Origin: Dendrobates tinctorius
Taxonomy: Eukaryota
Reading direction: 5' to 3'
Assembly: GCF_039654945.1 (NCBI RefSeq)
Contig: NW_027361921.1
Coordinates: 10,292,001 to 10,356,000 of the forward strand
Length of the DNA: 64,000 bases
Made by a program: the position numbers and the translations under genes. This document shows, piece after piece, positions 24,028 to 39,407 of this stretch (its first letter is position 1; every line of letters begins with the position of its first letter). The notes below the pieces were generated by a model. The model did no database searches. It worked only from the letters and a program-made list of their open reading frames with translations, and was not told the origin of the DNA.

Positions 24028-27000
24028 GATTCCTATCAAGGGTAGAGACGAAATAGCATTGTTTACACCCACACATCTCATGTGCGACTGAAAGGCCGAC
24101 CTTAATTGCAGATAGCGAAAGAATTGGGATCTCGGGAGATCGTATTTAACCTGCAATTGTTCAAAAGACCACTGGGTTCCATGATCATGCAAATCACCTA
24201 TCGAGGAGACATTATGTTGAGTCCAAAATTCAGCGGACGGGTGTTCAAGTGGTACCGGAAGATAACTATTATTCCACAAGGGCATTTCAGCTACAATGTC
24301 CCCAAATCCAATCACCCTTTTAATCTGTCTCCACACTGATCGCGCCAGATGAAGTAGGAGCAACAAACGGGCGACACTAATTTTTCCCAATTCCAGAAAG
24401 CCCAGTGGGCAGTTAGCTCATGCGGCATTGAGCAAGTCATTTTCAGAGTTAGGGAGATAATTACCGGGCATCCACTTACTTATAGCTCTGGCTGCTCCAG
24501 ACAGATAATATAGAAAAAAGTCTGGTACCGTTGCCCCACTCCCCTTTTGAGGTCTTTGCAGGGTGTACAGCCTGAGTTTGGGCCTAGTTTTCCCCCATAT
24601 AAAGGATGTAATTTGGGAGTTCAAATTCGCAAAGAAGGACTTGGGTACCATCACAGCACTATGTTGAAGAGAATAGCTGAGCTTAGGGAGTAATATAATT
24701 TTGATTAAGTTACTGCGTCCGGCTACAGATAGCGGGTGTTTACTCCAAGTTGTAAATTTAACTTTAACCATTTCTAGCAGTGAGTGTATGTTGAGCCGCA
24801 AATCAAGCGTGCTGCTTTGAGATATGTGGACACCCAGATGTTTAAAACTGGGTACAATAGGCAATCAGGAGAGTCTCAAGTCGTGGCATCGGGGTATGAG
24901 AGAGGGGCAACAGGGCAGATTTCTCCAAATTTATATACAAGCCGGAATATTTACTGAATTTATTTATGGTGGCAATCACCCGTGTCAGTGTTTCCTCCGC
25001 TCTATCCATAAATATCACCATATCATCAGCATATAAGCCTATGGTGTCTACCCGACCCGCTATTTCTATACCCGCAATATTAGGGGAAGATCGTATGCGA
25101 ATTGCCAATGCCTCGGTTGCAAGAGCAAAAAGGGCCGGGGAAAGGGGACACCCCTGACAGATTCCCCTATGTAGTGAAAAGGACTCAGATATGGAGCTAT
25201 TTACAATGACACGGGCTTTGGGTTTCATATATAATATATTAACCCATTTTAGAAACCTGTCACCAAATCCATATTTCTGTAAACATGCACAGAGGAAAGG
25301 CCACTCAAGGGAGTCGAATGCCTTGGCCGCATCCAGCGATGCCAATGCCCATTTATTGTCTGGCACCAGAGAGCTGTATTGGACCACCGACTGGACTCGT
25401 CTAATATTAATGGAAGTGCTCTTACCAGGCATAAAACCAGTCTGGTCAGGGTGTATAAGTTCCAGTATAATTGAGTTCAATCTGGTGGCCAAGATTTTTG
25501 TAAAAATCTTATAGTACACATTCACTGATGATATGGGGCGATAAGATCCACAGTCTAAAGGGTCCTTCCTCTCCTTTTTAAGCACTATTATATTAGCCTC
25601 GTAGAAGGACTCCGGCATGGATCCCCCCTCCCAAATCCCCCGAAACACCATCAACAAAGGTGGCACTAATATATCCCGATATTACCTGTATAATTCGATG
25701 GGAAACCCATCTGGTCCAGGGGCCTTCCCAGAGGCCATATCCATTATGGCGTTCTCTATCTCCTCCAAAGTGAATTCAGCATCCATAAATTCTTGCTGGG
25801 AAGGGCTTAGTGTGGGAAATGTTATATCTGACAGGTAGTCTAGACACCCCTGACCAACAACGCCACTCTTAGTTGTACAATGATCTATAGTAATCATGAA
25901 AGCAGCTCAGTATTTCTTCAGTTGAGGATAACAAAGTACCATCCAAGCTGCGAATCTGTAATATTGTGTTAGAAGTATTATGTTAACGCACCAAATAGGC
26001 CAAGAATTTACTTGCCTGGTTCCCCAACTCAAAATAGGATTGACAGGCAAAAAATAATTTACGCTTGGACATAGTGTCTATGTGTTGGGTATATAACCTT
26101 TGAGCAGCCAACCACTCCACCCTATTGCCACTAGTTTGATCAGATATGTATGCGACCTCCGAATCTTTCAATCATTGTTCCATCTCATCGTCCACCCTTG
26201 ATGTCACCCGTTTGATGTAAGAGATCGTAGAGGATAAGCAACCCCTCAAATATACCTTAAGGGCATCCTATAATAAATTAATATTCTGAGGTTCAGGGTG
26301 GGATGAGATGAAGCAATGCAACTGATTGATCGTTCTATCGGGCGACTCCACCAACTTCAACCAGAAAGGGTTCAATTTCCATACCATCCTGTTATTTAGC
26401 GGTCCATATTTAAGTTTAAGAATGACCGGACTATGATCTGAAATCCCCCTACTGCCATGTTCTATATTATCCACCCACATTGCTAGACCGCTGGATCCAA
26501 ATATATAATCTATGCGCGACAAGGAGCGCTTAGTGGATGAATGAATGGTAAGTATACTCCCTCGTCTCGGGGTGTCACGTTCTCCATAGATCCAGCCATC
26601 CACTACTTTCCATGAATTGTGACAGTTGGAATGTAGCCAGAGGAGGGGCCTCTCCCTGCATCCCATCACCCAATCTCTGTCTGTCAAGCTGGTTATTCAT
26701 GACCAGATTGAAATCCCCCATGCAGATGACGTCTGCATCTGGATAGTTCAGGGCAAAACTCATCGCCTTCTGGAGAATTGACATATTAGCTGGGGGGGGG
26801 TTATAGATACATAAAATAACATATTTCCTAGAGTTAATTAGTGCATGCACAAAAACGAAACGCCCCTCAGAATCCCTCCGGGCCTCTCTGGCCTCCCACC
26901 TAACGTCCTTATGTATCAGTAACGAAACCCCCCTTGAATAGCTAGTATGGAATGCATGAATAAACCATTGTGACCACGGTTTCTGCACACGCGCCGAGCT

Positions 27001-27431
27001 GCGTCTCTGGTCAGGTGTGTCTCCACCAAGGCCACAATGTGAGGGCGATATTGCCTAAACTGTGAGAATACCTTAATCTTCTGGGGGGTTTTAACATCCC
27101 TCACATTCCAGGTCATGCATATTATTTTAGACCCCATTTTTTACTTATCTCAATATGGTGCATATTATTGCTCGAGCACAGTTTAGAGACATCACATAGA
27201 GAACAGGATTGCCATTGGCTGCGACTTCTACCTAAATAACAATTAAAACTATTGAAAAAGAGAAAGCAGAATAAGAACCTAACAATATAGGAGCAAAGTC
27301 CCACAAGTTCCTTTGCAGGTGATCCCTTATGGGACCGCAGCCACTCAGATGCCTCCGCTGGATCCGTAAAAAACATGGAGGAACCCCCGTGGACAACTCG
27401 GATGCGGGCCAGATAGATCATTGAATACATA

Positions 27432-29067
<1,636 letters not shown>

Positions 29068-30522
29068 TAGTGTTCCTCTCCCTGAGCCGCTTCTTAATTT
29101 CAATGAATTGTGCCCGCTGTTTCTGAAGTTCCATGGAAAAATCCAGGAAAATCGAGGTCACAGCATTGTCGAACTTGATGGAACTTTTTTGCCGTGCGAG
29201 AAGCAGAATGGTATCTCTGTCTTTACAGTTGAGGAGACGTGCCAGGAAAGGTCTAGGTGAGGCTCCCGGAGGAAGGGGTTTGTAGGAACCCTATGAGCCC
29301 TTTCGACGGCGAATACTGGAGAGAATTCATCCCCCAAAGAGGCCTTGAGTCAGCACTACAGAAATTGCTCAGGATGCTGACCTTCTGAGCGTTCCGGCAG
29401 ACCAATGACACGGATATTATTCCGACGCATTCTGTTCTCCAGATATTCCGCTTTCTGCTTCCAGGCATTTATAGAGCCCGCCACCTTTGTTAACTTGGCC
29501 TCCATAGGCGTGATGGTGTCCTCTACTTGGGATACTCTTGTCTCCACTTCCGTAATGCGCCCCCTCATGGCTTGCATATCTTGTTGAAGTCTCCCCACCT
29601 TAGTGTAAACGTCCTCTATTTTCCCCGTCAGGGATGTCCTAGTTAGGGAGATGGCCTGCATCAGCTGTTCAGACACCGGTTTGAGGGTCAGTTCTTCCTG
29701 CTCATTCTCCTTCTCACCCCCAGAGGGACGGTTTTTATGCTGAGCTTGTGAAGGGTTGTTTCTGAGAGACCGTGCACTTTCAGAGGGATCAGGTCTGGCA
29801 AACTTTTAATTTTTCTGCTGCTCCTGACCTATTAGATCAATTCATGATCAGTGACAATGCGGCACAACAGGATGACTAGAGGTGTATACTCTGGGGATTT
29901 TCCCCTACAATTATAAGCACAGCAGGGCTAGTGTTAAATAATTATGGCCCAGGAGCAGCGCCCATTCAGAGGGGTCACATAGATTAGTGAGGGCGATGCC
30001 TGGTGCTGTATCAATGAGGCTTCTTGTGACCAGGGGAAGAGATCCGCAGCACCCGCAGAGACAGCAGCGGTGGGGGGTGCAGAGGTCCCCACAGTAATGG
30101 CGCCAACGGGTAAAGTGAATCTATCATTGGGAGGGGGGAACGCGGGGCCCAATTTTTCCAGGGCACTCACCGCGTATCCCCTTGAGTCTTCAGGATGTGG
30201 GTCACTGCCCGGTAACGCTGCAGCGGTGGGGGCTGGACGCCGCAGCTCTCACTGACAGAGCGTGCGTCTAAGATGGCCGCCACCTCGTGCAAGCCTCGCC
30301 GCCCGTCCCTGCCTCTCCGGCCGCCAGCTCGCCAGAGCCGCTCCGCGTTCTCCCGCGGGGGTCCAGGGGGGGCCCGTTATCCAGGGGTCCTGAATGCTGC
30401 CGGGTATGTCGCAGTGGAAAGGCCTCAGGTGCAGGATAAAGGCAGGATATTAAGGAGCTCCCTCAGCGTGTGTCCCCTCTCCTCAGCTACATAGCCACGC
30501 CCCCTCACACTGCTATTATTTT

Positions 30523-33500
30523 ATTTTTTTTAATTCGTTTATTGAATCATAGACAGGGTATACAATATACAAACTGACGATGATGAAAACACCATATAAC
30601 ACGTATATGTTCCACACAGCATTAATGTCAAATAGTGTATATGTATACCAGTTGTTTACAGAATAAAACATACTGTCAATTACCTTACATTAGTCTGCGT
30701 GTTATTATTCAAATAATAAAGCCTGTCAAACCTCTAAACCATTACTACTACTATAAAACAACAACTATTTGCAGCCTGTGTCCACATAATTAGCTCTTTA
30801 TCATGCGATATCTCCGTCCTACAACGTGAGATGAGAGGAATTCCACCTCTCCCATATCTTCTCAAATTTACTCGGGCACCCTCTGTTTTGATACAGCGTA
30901 CGCTCGTATGGTATAATTGAGTTCACCAATTCAATCCAGGCCCCCCATTCACCGTAGTGCCAGTACCTTCCGTGCTGTAAACAATGTTTCCCGCAAGAAA
31001 ATCCCTGTATAGTGTCCCCATGTCTCATCATCCCACACCCCAAACAGACAAACCAATGGCTCAGGGTGAATATGAATTTGTGCCAGGGAGGTTAATAATG
31101 ATGTCACCTCTTTCCAATAATGTGCTATAATTGGACACTGCCAAATCATGTGAATAAAATCTTTATCTGTTGTATGACATCTCAAACACTCCGAAGACTG
31201 GAACCGGCCCATCTTAAAAAGTTGAGTCAGAGTCAATTATGATTGGTTTATAATATAAAGTTGTATCATTCTGTTGTTAATTGATGGAGACACCTTGGTT
31301 GGTGACTCCAGAATTTCCTCCCACTCCTATCCCCGCGCATCAGGGATGAGCCTTTCCCATTTCACCCTAACCAAGCATATGGCAGATTCCGTTCCCACCG
31401 ATAGCATGTGTGTATACAGAGAGGAGATGAGACCCTGGGGACCCTGTAATTTAAGAATGCCTATCAAGGGTAAGGACGAAATAGCATTATTCACACCAGC
31501 ATATCTCATGTACGATTGAATGGCCGATCTCAATTGCAAATATCGGAAGAATTGCGACCTCGGGACATTACACTTAGCTTGTAATTGTTCGAAAGATAAT
31601 AGTGTACCGCAGTCATATATATCCCCTATCGCAGAAACATTGTACTGAGACCAGAATTTGGCCGACGGGTGGACAAGCAGTGTTGGAAAATAACTATTAT
31701 TCCATAAGGGCATTTCAGCTATGTTATCACTAAATCCAACCACCCTCTTAATCTGTCTCCACACTAATCTTGCCAGACGAAGCATGGGTAGCAGACATGG
31801 GACATTTACCTTCTCCAATTCCAAAAACCCCAGTGGGCAATTAGCACGTGCGGCATGAAGCAGATGGCTCTCAGAGTTAGGAAGATGATCACCAGGCATC
31901 CACTTATTTATAACTCTGGCTTGTCCCGCCAGATAATACAGAAAAAAAATCTGGCAGTGCTGCCCCCCTTTTTTGGCCTTTGTAGGGTGGACAGCTTGAG
32001 CTTTGGCCTGGTTTTCCCCCCATATAAAAGACTTAATCTGGGAATTCAAATTAGTAAAGAAAGACCTAGGCACCACCACAGCACTATGTTGGAGAAAATA
32101 GCTGATCTTAGGGAGTAGTATCATTTTAATTAAATTAATGCGTCCAGCTACAGACAGCGGGAGTTTGCTCCAGATCGTAAATTTGACTTTAACAATCTCT
32201 AGTAATGGATATATATTAAGTTGCAGATCAAGCGTGCTGGTTTGAGAAATATGAACACCCAGATATTTAAAATGTGGTACAATAGGCAGCAAAGAGAGAG
32301 AGTCTCAAGTCGCGGCATCGGGGTATGAGAAAGAGGCATCAGACCAGAGTTCTCCCAATTTATATCCAGGCCGGAATATTTGCTGAATTAATTTATAGTA
32401 GCAATCACCCCCACCAGTGTCTCCTCCTCCCTATCCATAAATATTACCATGTCATCAGCATATAGGCCTATGGTATCCACCCGATCCGCTATCTCTATAC
32501 CCATAATATTAGGGGAAGTTCTCATGCGAATTGCCAGAGCCTCTATTGCGAGAGCAAAGAGGGCCGGGGAAAGGAGACACCCTTGACGAGTCCCCCTGTG
32601 CAGAGAAAAAGACTCCGATATGGAACCATTTACAATGACACAGGCCTTAGGTTTCATATACAATGTATTAACCCATTTTAGGAACCTATCCCCAAAACCA
32701 TCTTTCTGCAAGCATGCGTGGAGGAAGGGCCACTCAAGGGAATCGAAGGCCTTGGCTGCATCCACAATGCCAATACCCACTTAATGTCCGGCATCAGGGA
32801 GCTGTATTGGACCACCGATTGAACCCTTCTAATATTAATGGAAGTGCTTTTACCGGGCATAAAGCCAGTCTGGTCAGGGTGTATGAGTTCCAAAATAGAG
32901 TTCAGTCTAGTAGCCAAGATTTTCGTAAAAATTTTACATTCCACATTTACTAGAGATAAGGGGCGATAAGATCCACAGTCTAGAGGGTCCTTCCCTTCTT
33001 TCTTAAGCAATATGATATTAGCTTCATAGAAGGACTCCGGCATGACCCCCCCCCCCAGATCCCCCGGAACACCAACAACAAAAGTGGCGCCAAAATCTCC
33101 CGGTATTTCCTGTACAACTCAATAGGAAACCCATCCGGCCCAGGGGCTTTTTCCAGAGGCCATATCCTTCATGACATCTCCTATCTCTTCCAAAGTAAAT
33201 TCAGTGTCCATAAAGGCACGCTGAGAAGTACTCAATGTGGTGAACATTATATCAGATATAGTCTAGACACCCCTGGCTATCAATGTCATTTCTTGAGCCG
33301 TACAGTGAACTATAATAATCATGGAAACAACCCATTATTTCTTCAGTTGAGGACACCAATGTATCGTCAGAGCTGCGGATCTGTAGTATTGTGTTAGTTG
33401 TATTGTGCTGCCGCACCAAATAGGCCAGAAATTTACTAGATTGGTTCCCTAGTTCAAAGTAGGACTGGCGGGTAAAAATAATTTACGTTTGGACTTAGAA

Positions 33501-36111
33501 TCTATGTGTTGAGTATATAATCTTTGGGCAGTCAGCCACTCCACTCTTATTACCACTAGTTTGATCGGATATGTAAGCGGCCTCTGAATCTTTCAATCGC
33601 TGCTCTATTTCGTCATCCTCCCCCGACGTCACCTGCTTGATGTAGGAGATCGTAGAAGATAGGCAACCCCTCAGGTATGCCTTAAGGGTGTCCCAAAATA
33701 AATTAACATTCCGGGGTTCGGGGTGGGAGGACACGAAATCATGTAATTGGTCAATTGTTCTGTCAGGTGACTTAACCAATTTCAGCCAGAAAGGGTTTAT
33801 TTTCCATGTCATCCTACCACTTGGTGGGCCATACCTGAGTTTAAGAATGATTGGACTATGATCCGAAATCCCCCTACTTCCATGCTCAAAACTATCCACC
33901 CACACTGCCAGACCACTAGATCCAAAAATGTAATCTATGCGAGTGGATGAGTGGCACGTATACTCTCTTATCTCTGGGTGGCGCGTTCTCCATATATCTA
34001 ACCATCCACTACCTTCTATAAACTGTGATAATTGGGATGTAGCCGCTGCCGAGGTCCGACCTTGTGTCCCATCATCCAGTCTCAATCTGTCAAGGCGATT
34101 ATTCATAACCAAATTAAAGTCCCCCATACAAATGACATCGTTTATGTGTAATTCAGAGCAAAATTCAATGCTTTCTGGAGAATTGACGTACTCGCTGGAG
34201 GGGGATTATAAACACACAGAATAACATATTTCCTAGAGTTGATCAGTGCATACACAAATATGAAGCGCCCTTCAGAGTCTCTCCGGCCTCCTGAACCTCC
34301 CATCTAACGTCCTTGTGTATTAGTAATGAGACTCCCCTGGAATAACTGGTGTGAAATGCGTGTTTAGACCACTGAACCCATGGTTTAGGTACACTCCGAA
34401 CCGTATCTCTGGTCAAGTGCGTCTCGACCAGAGCCACAATGTGAGGGTGATAGAGCCTGATTTGTGAAAATACTTTAACCTTTTTCTGGGGGGTTTTGAT
34501 ACCCCTCACATTCCATGTCTTGCATATTAATTCAGAACCCATCTCTACTTATCTGGGCATGTTGCACATCGGCGCCCAAGAAGAACTCAGAGACACCACA
34601 TAAATAGCAGGACTTCCATTGGCTGCAACTTCTACCTAAGTAACATTTAAAGCTAAAACTAAAGTTTATGAAAAAAAGAGAACTAGATATAAACCTAGTA
34701 ACATAGGAGCAAAGTCCTGCGCCCCTATTAAAAAATAAACAAGGGGATACCATCACTGAACGCAGTGTCCGGTATTGTAGATATCTGGGTGCTCGCCAGG
34801 AGAGCTCCATTTAAGCCTGCAATTAAGGAATCCAGATGAAAGTAGACACACTAGGATTCCTTTGCAGGAGATCCTCTATGGGACCGCAGCCACTCGGTGG
34901 CCTCCGCCGCATCCGTGAAAAACACGGAGGAACCCCCGTGGACAACCCGAAGACGAGCTGGATAAATCATGGCATGCACAATGTTCCTTTCCCTGAGCCG
35001 CTTCTTGATGTCGATGAATTGTGCACGCTGCTTCTGGAGTTCCATGGTGAAATCCAGGAAGATTGAGATCACAGCATTGTTGAACTTGATGGGACTCTTT
35101 TGTCGTGCAAGGCGCAGAATGGTGTCTCTATCTTTACAGTTGAGGAGACGTGCCAGGAAGAGTCTTGGTGAGGCTCCCGAAGGCAAAGGCTTGGTGGGAA
35201 CCCTGTGGGCTCTCTCAACAGCGAACACCGAGGAGAATTGATCTCCCAGAGAGGCCTTAAGCCAGCCCTCTAGGAATTGCTCAGGGTGCTGACCTTCATA
35301 GCGTTCAGGCAGACCGATGACACAGATGTTATTCCGACGCATTCTGTTTTCTAAGTCGGTCTCCTCTCCACCCCCTCAGGGACGATTTTTACGCTGAGAT
35401 TGTGAGGGGGCATTCTGTAGAAAGGGTGCACTCTCAGAAGGGTCGGGTCTGACAAATTCCTTTAATTTTTCTGCTGCTGTCGATCCTTTAGATCGATTCA
35501 TGATTAAGAGCAGTGAAACACCGGTATAGCTGAAATTGTACAGTCCAGAAATCCTCCCGTTGCAATTATATACACAGCATGGACCACGTTTATTAATTAT
35601 AGCCTGGGAGCGAAGTCTGTGTAGATGGAGACAGAAGATCACTAAGGCTCCTATGGCAGGGGGAAGGGGGAGGGATATCCACCCTCAGAGACAGCAGCAA
35701 TGGGAGGGGGAGCAGGTTCCCCCACAGTAATGGCACCAACAGGCCAGCGATTCAGTTCAGAGAGAGGGAATAATACAGGGCCCGTCTTTCAGGGCACTCA
35801 CTGCCTATCCCTCAGATCCTATAGGATACAGATCCCTGTCCCTGCGACGCTGCAGCGCTGGAAGATGGACGCCGCGCTCCCTCTGATAGAGCGCGCGTCC
35901 CGCCGTCCACCCCGGCTTCCCAAGTCTCCTGCTCACAGGAGCCGTCTTGTGCCCCTCCTCGGAGCTCCCGGGGGGTCCCGACACCAGCGGACACCAAGCG
36001 CTGCCACCAGATCAAGAGCAATATACAGGCGGTATGTGCAGGATATATGAAGGATAGGCAGGAGCTCTCATAGCTTGCGTCCTTCCTTCACCACTACATA
36101 GCCACGCCCCC
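30523..36111 (-). mobile_element. Full-length L1 LINE (L1-d), relative of L1-c; ORF1 coiled coil deleted at about 35355, ORF2 from 34542 frameshifted
   Basis: MGSELICKTWNVRG, DAAKAFD, GTRQGCLLSP, YADD. 5' GGGGGCGTGGC. Third target copy CACACTGCTATGATTTT at 36112-36128. Confidence 0.93.
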
Positions 36112-36436
36112 CACACTGCTATGATTTTGATCACTACTATACCTCTTGAGTAGGGATGAGCGATATTGCCCAATATCGTATCGGAATTCCGAAAATATCG
36201 GATATCGAAATTTCCGATTTCCGATATCAATGCAAGTCAATGGGAGAAAAAAATTGAAATTACAAATAACCACTACAGTGCTATATAATGGATAAAATGG
36301 AGGGGAAACACCTCAGGATAATGGGGAAGGAGTTTGCAGAGGCAGAGGAGCAAAAAAGTTGCTAGAAAAATGCAGAGAGTGAAAGCTGTAGCAGGAAAAC
36401 TGGTCGCCATCTTCTTAACAGCTGTATTTTTTCTGT

Positions 36437-36662
36437 GGGTTAGGATTAGTTGGGGTAGGGTTAAGGTTTATGGTTAGGGTTAGTAGGGTTAGGGTAAGGG
36501 TTAGGGTTGGTTAGGGTTATTAGGGTTAGGGGTTATGATTAGTAGGGTCAGGGTTAGTAGGGTTATGGTTAGGGGTTAGGATTAGTAGGGTTATGGTTAG
36601 TGGTTAGGGTTTAGGGTTAGGATTAGTGGTAGGGGTTAAGGGTTAGGGATAGTTAGGGTTAG
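36437..36662 (+). repeat. Degenerate (TTAGGG)n telomere-like tract
   Basis: Many exact TTAGGG units mixed with TTATGG, TTAGGA and TAGTAGGG variants. Confidence 0.85.
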
Positions 36663-37005
36663 TGATTTTACATTATTAAATTAAAACTGCCGGTGGTGGT
36701 GTCAATATTCCCTTTGGCTGACATGTGTCCGCGTTCAGCTCACCTTGCTTTGCAGGGAGTTTCCAGGACCACCACGTGGAGGAACGGATACACTCCCTTT
36801 AAACCATGCTTAGTCTTCTTCTGTTGATTATATTACTGTTATTTAGTAATTCTGCATATTGATATTCTGCCTTTGGTTCATGTACATCTGCTCCTACTGC
36901 TTCCTAAACCTCCGTCTATTGTTATTCTGCTATTGGCTGGTTGCAGAATGTCCCAAACCCAGAGGAAATACGCAGAAGTAACAGTAGGCAGAGGAACTTG
37001 AGAGA

Positions 37006-37340
37006 ACCAGCTGGTGAGTCTGGAACCCGTATAGGCAGCAGAAATCAGCATAAGAGCCAATAGAACTAACAGGCACCAGCTGACGTTACCGGAGCCCGTT
37101 AACTAAGCAGGAGGTACCTGTGCCAGAATGCACTACCAAGGACCAGCAGACATTACTGGAACTCGGATACCACAAAGGAGGGACCTAAGCCATTGACTCT
37201 ACTGAGAACCAGCTGACGTTACTGGAACCCAGATAACCTGCAGAAGGTAAAAGTGCCAGTGGCTGTACTGGGCAACAGCTGATATTACTGTAGCCCGGAT
37301 ACCACAATGTAGTAGTGACATAAGCCAAAAGCACTGCCGA
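37006..37340. repeat. Degenerate 66-69-bp tandem array (5 units) with a conserved core of about 28 bp
   Basis: Core ACCAGCTGACGTTACTGGAACCCGGATA-like at 37006, 37075, 37142, 37208 and 37274. Confidence 0.75.
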
Positions 37341-37967
37341 GAAGCCCAAAAAACCCCCACAAAGACGCAAGTTCAAGAGCAAAAAGACAGGAGTCCGGGG
37401 ACATCTCCATCTGTCTTCTAGTCTTGGGTCTTCTGCATCTGTCTTCCTGTCTTGGGTCTTCTGCATCTGTCTTGGGTCTTCTACCAGAGTAATGTCTTCT
37501 CGGCAGAAGGTGCAAGAGCCACATTTGCCCCCGCAACCCGCACACAGTCTTCTTTACTCCGCAGTCGCAGCAGTGGAGGAGCAGGGCTTACTGGCACTGT
37601 CGAGACCAGCCTTGAGTGCCAGGTCCCGGAGTCCACGTAGGGGGCTCCTACACTGCCAACACCACGGATAACAGCAAACTGAGCCGGAATGATGTACGGC
37701 GGGGGCATGGAACAGTGCGGCGGACACAACCGTGTAACGGCGAGCATTGTTGAAACACAGTTTGGAGCATGAGGTACCCATTCCCTTGGGCACTCCCGAG
37801 AACCATCTGGCGATGCTGGAACTCTGTTTACCCCTCGGGGGAAGCACCTGTGTCCGCACTTCACTGCCAGGAAACAGCCTGCGTGGCTGGATCCCGCCTC
37901 TTGTGCTTCTGCCTATAGGTGTTTGGCATCTGTCGTCCTTTTTTTCCACTTTGGTCTAACGAGGTAC

Positions 37968-38320
37968 AGCTGGCGGTACTGTTGCCCAGAAACACAGCAT
38001 GCTGTGAAAGTGGCAGTCACGGAAATGGGCATTAGCTGGCGGTACTAGAGCCCAGAAACACAGCCTGCTGTGAAATCAGCAGTCACGGAAATGGACACTT
38101 GCTGGCGGTACTAGAGCCCAGAAACACGGCATGCTGTGAAAGTGGCAGTCACAGAAATGGGCACTAGCTGGCGGTACTAGAGCCCAGAAACACGGCTTGC
38201 TGTGAAATCAGCAGTCACGGAAATGGGCACTAGCTGGCGGTACTAGAGCCCATGGAAAACAGTATGAGGTGAAAGTCAGTCACAGAACCAGGTGCTAGAT
38301 GTTGGTAGTAGAGGCCAGAG
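37968..38320. repeat. About 66-bp tandem array (5-6 units)
   Basis: Unit AGCTGGCGGTACTAGAGCCCAGAAACACGGCATGCTGTGAAAGTGGCAGTCACGGAAATGGGCACT; alternating GTGG/TCAG variants. Confidence 0.9.
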
Positions 38321-39407
38321 CATGGGCATAACAGATGACGCTGTGTGCAACATAGGCACATGACAGAGCATGCATACTGCTACCAACCATGCATGTAGCC
38401 TGTCCACTCTGGCCCAGGGCAGCAAAAGCCACCAGAAATCCAGGCCTGGTTCATTTTTATGAATGTAAGCCGGTCCACATTTGCAGCGGATAGTCTGGTA
38501 CGTTGGTCTGTTAGTACATTGCCAGCTGCACTAAAGATGCATTCAGAAATCACACTGGCACCAGGACAAGCCAGGACCTCCAAGGCATACTGGCTAAGCT
38601 CGGGCAATGTATCCAACTTGGAGACCCAAAACTTGAAGTGGCCAGATCCATCCTGAAGCACACTGACAGGGGTGGAGAGGTATTGTGCCACCATGTCACG
38701 ATAACGTTGCCTCCTAGTGCGTTGCACTGTCTGTGCTGATGATGCCCGAACTGTTTGCAGGTTCAGAAACTGTTGGAACATGTTGGGTATACTGAACCTG
38801 TCAGTAGCAGATGTACTGCTTCTGCTACCGACTTCTGAACGGATTCCGCTGGGCCCAGGATGCACTGAGGTGCCTGCTAGTGCACACGCATCACTGCTAT
38901 GCGGTGGAAAAGAGTACATGAGTGAATTAACCAGTGCATCTTGGTACTACTGCATTTTACGCGCCCGGTTCAACGGTGTAATTAGGCTTTGAAGGCTGTC
39001 CCGGTAACGTGGATCTAAGAGGGTGGCCACCCAGTAGTCATTTGTGTGGAGAATACGAGCCACGCGTGGGTCGTTTCTCAGACACTGCAGCATGAAGTCA
39101 CTCGTGCTGAATGCTGCCAACTGGCCATGCATCGCTGTCACCAGCTGGAGGAATGTGCTCTGGCTGCTCTGCATCACCCCATCCACGCTCTATCTGGTGA
39201 CTACTAGTAGAGCGCTGTGTACTTTCCTCCTCTGGCTCATCCTCATAGTCCTCCTCATCCTCCTCGCTTGCTGTGTCCTGCCTGGACCTTTGTGAGGCAC
39301 CCACAGAGCTTTGTATCAACCGGGCCGATGAAGATTGCCTGGTTGGTGCAAGTGTCTCATCATACTCCTCCTCCTCCTGAGAAACCTCATCCCTTAGTCC
39401 TTTAAGT

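Noticed and set aside
30273-30494. Antisense ORF0-like peptide in the L1-c 5' UTR (AAGATGGCCGCC start)
   Set aside because: Start position and peptide are not clearly conserved in sister L1-d; GC-rich UTRs give such ORFs by chance, and the motif may simply be a YY1 site.
36437-36662. True chromosome end or fusion scar
   Set aside because: Short, degenerate, single orientation and internal to a TSD-bounded transposon.
37006-37340. CRISPR-like repeat-spacer pattern (about 28-bp repeat, about 38-bp spacers)
   Set aside because: Repeats are degenerate, spacers keep mutual similarity, a homogeneous sister array lies nearby, there are no cas genes and the context is eukaryotic; it is a decayed tandem repeat.
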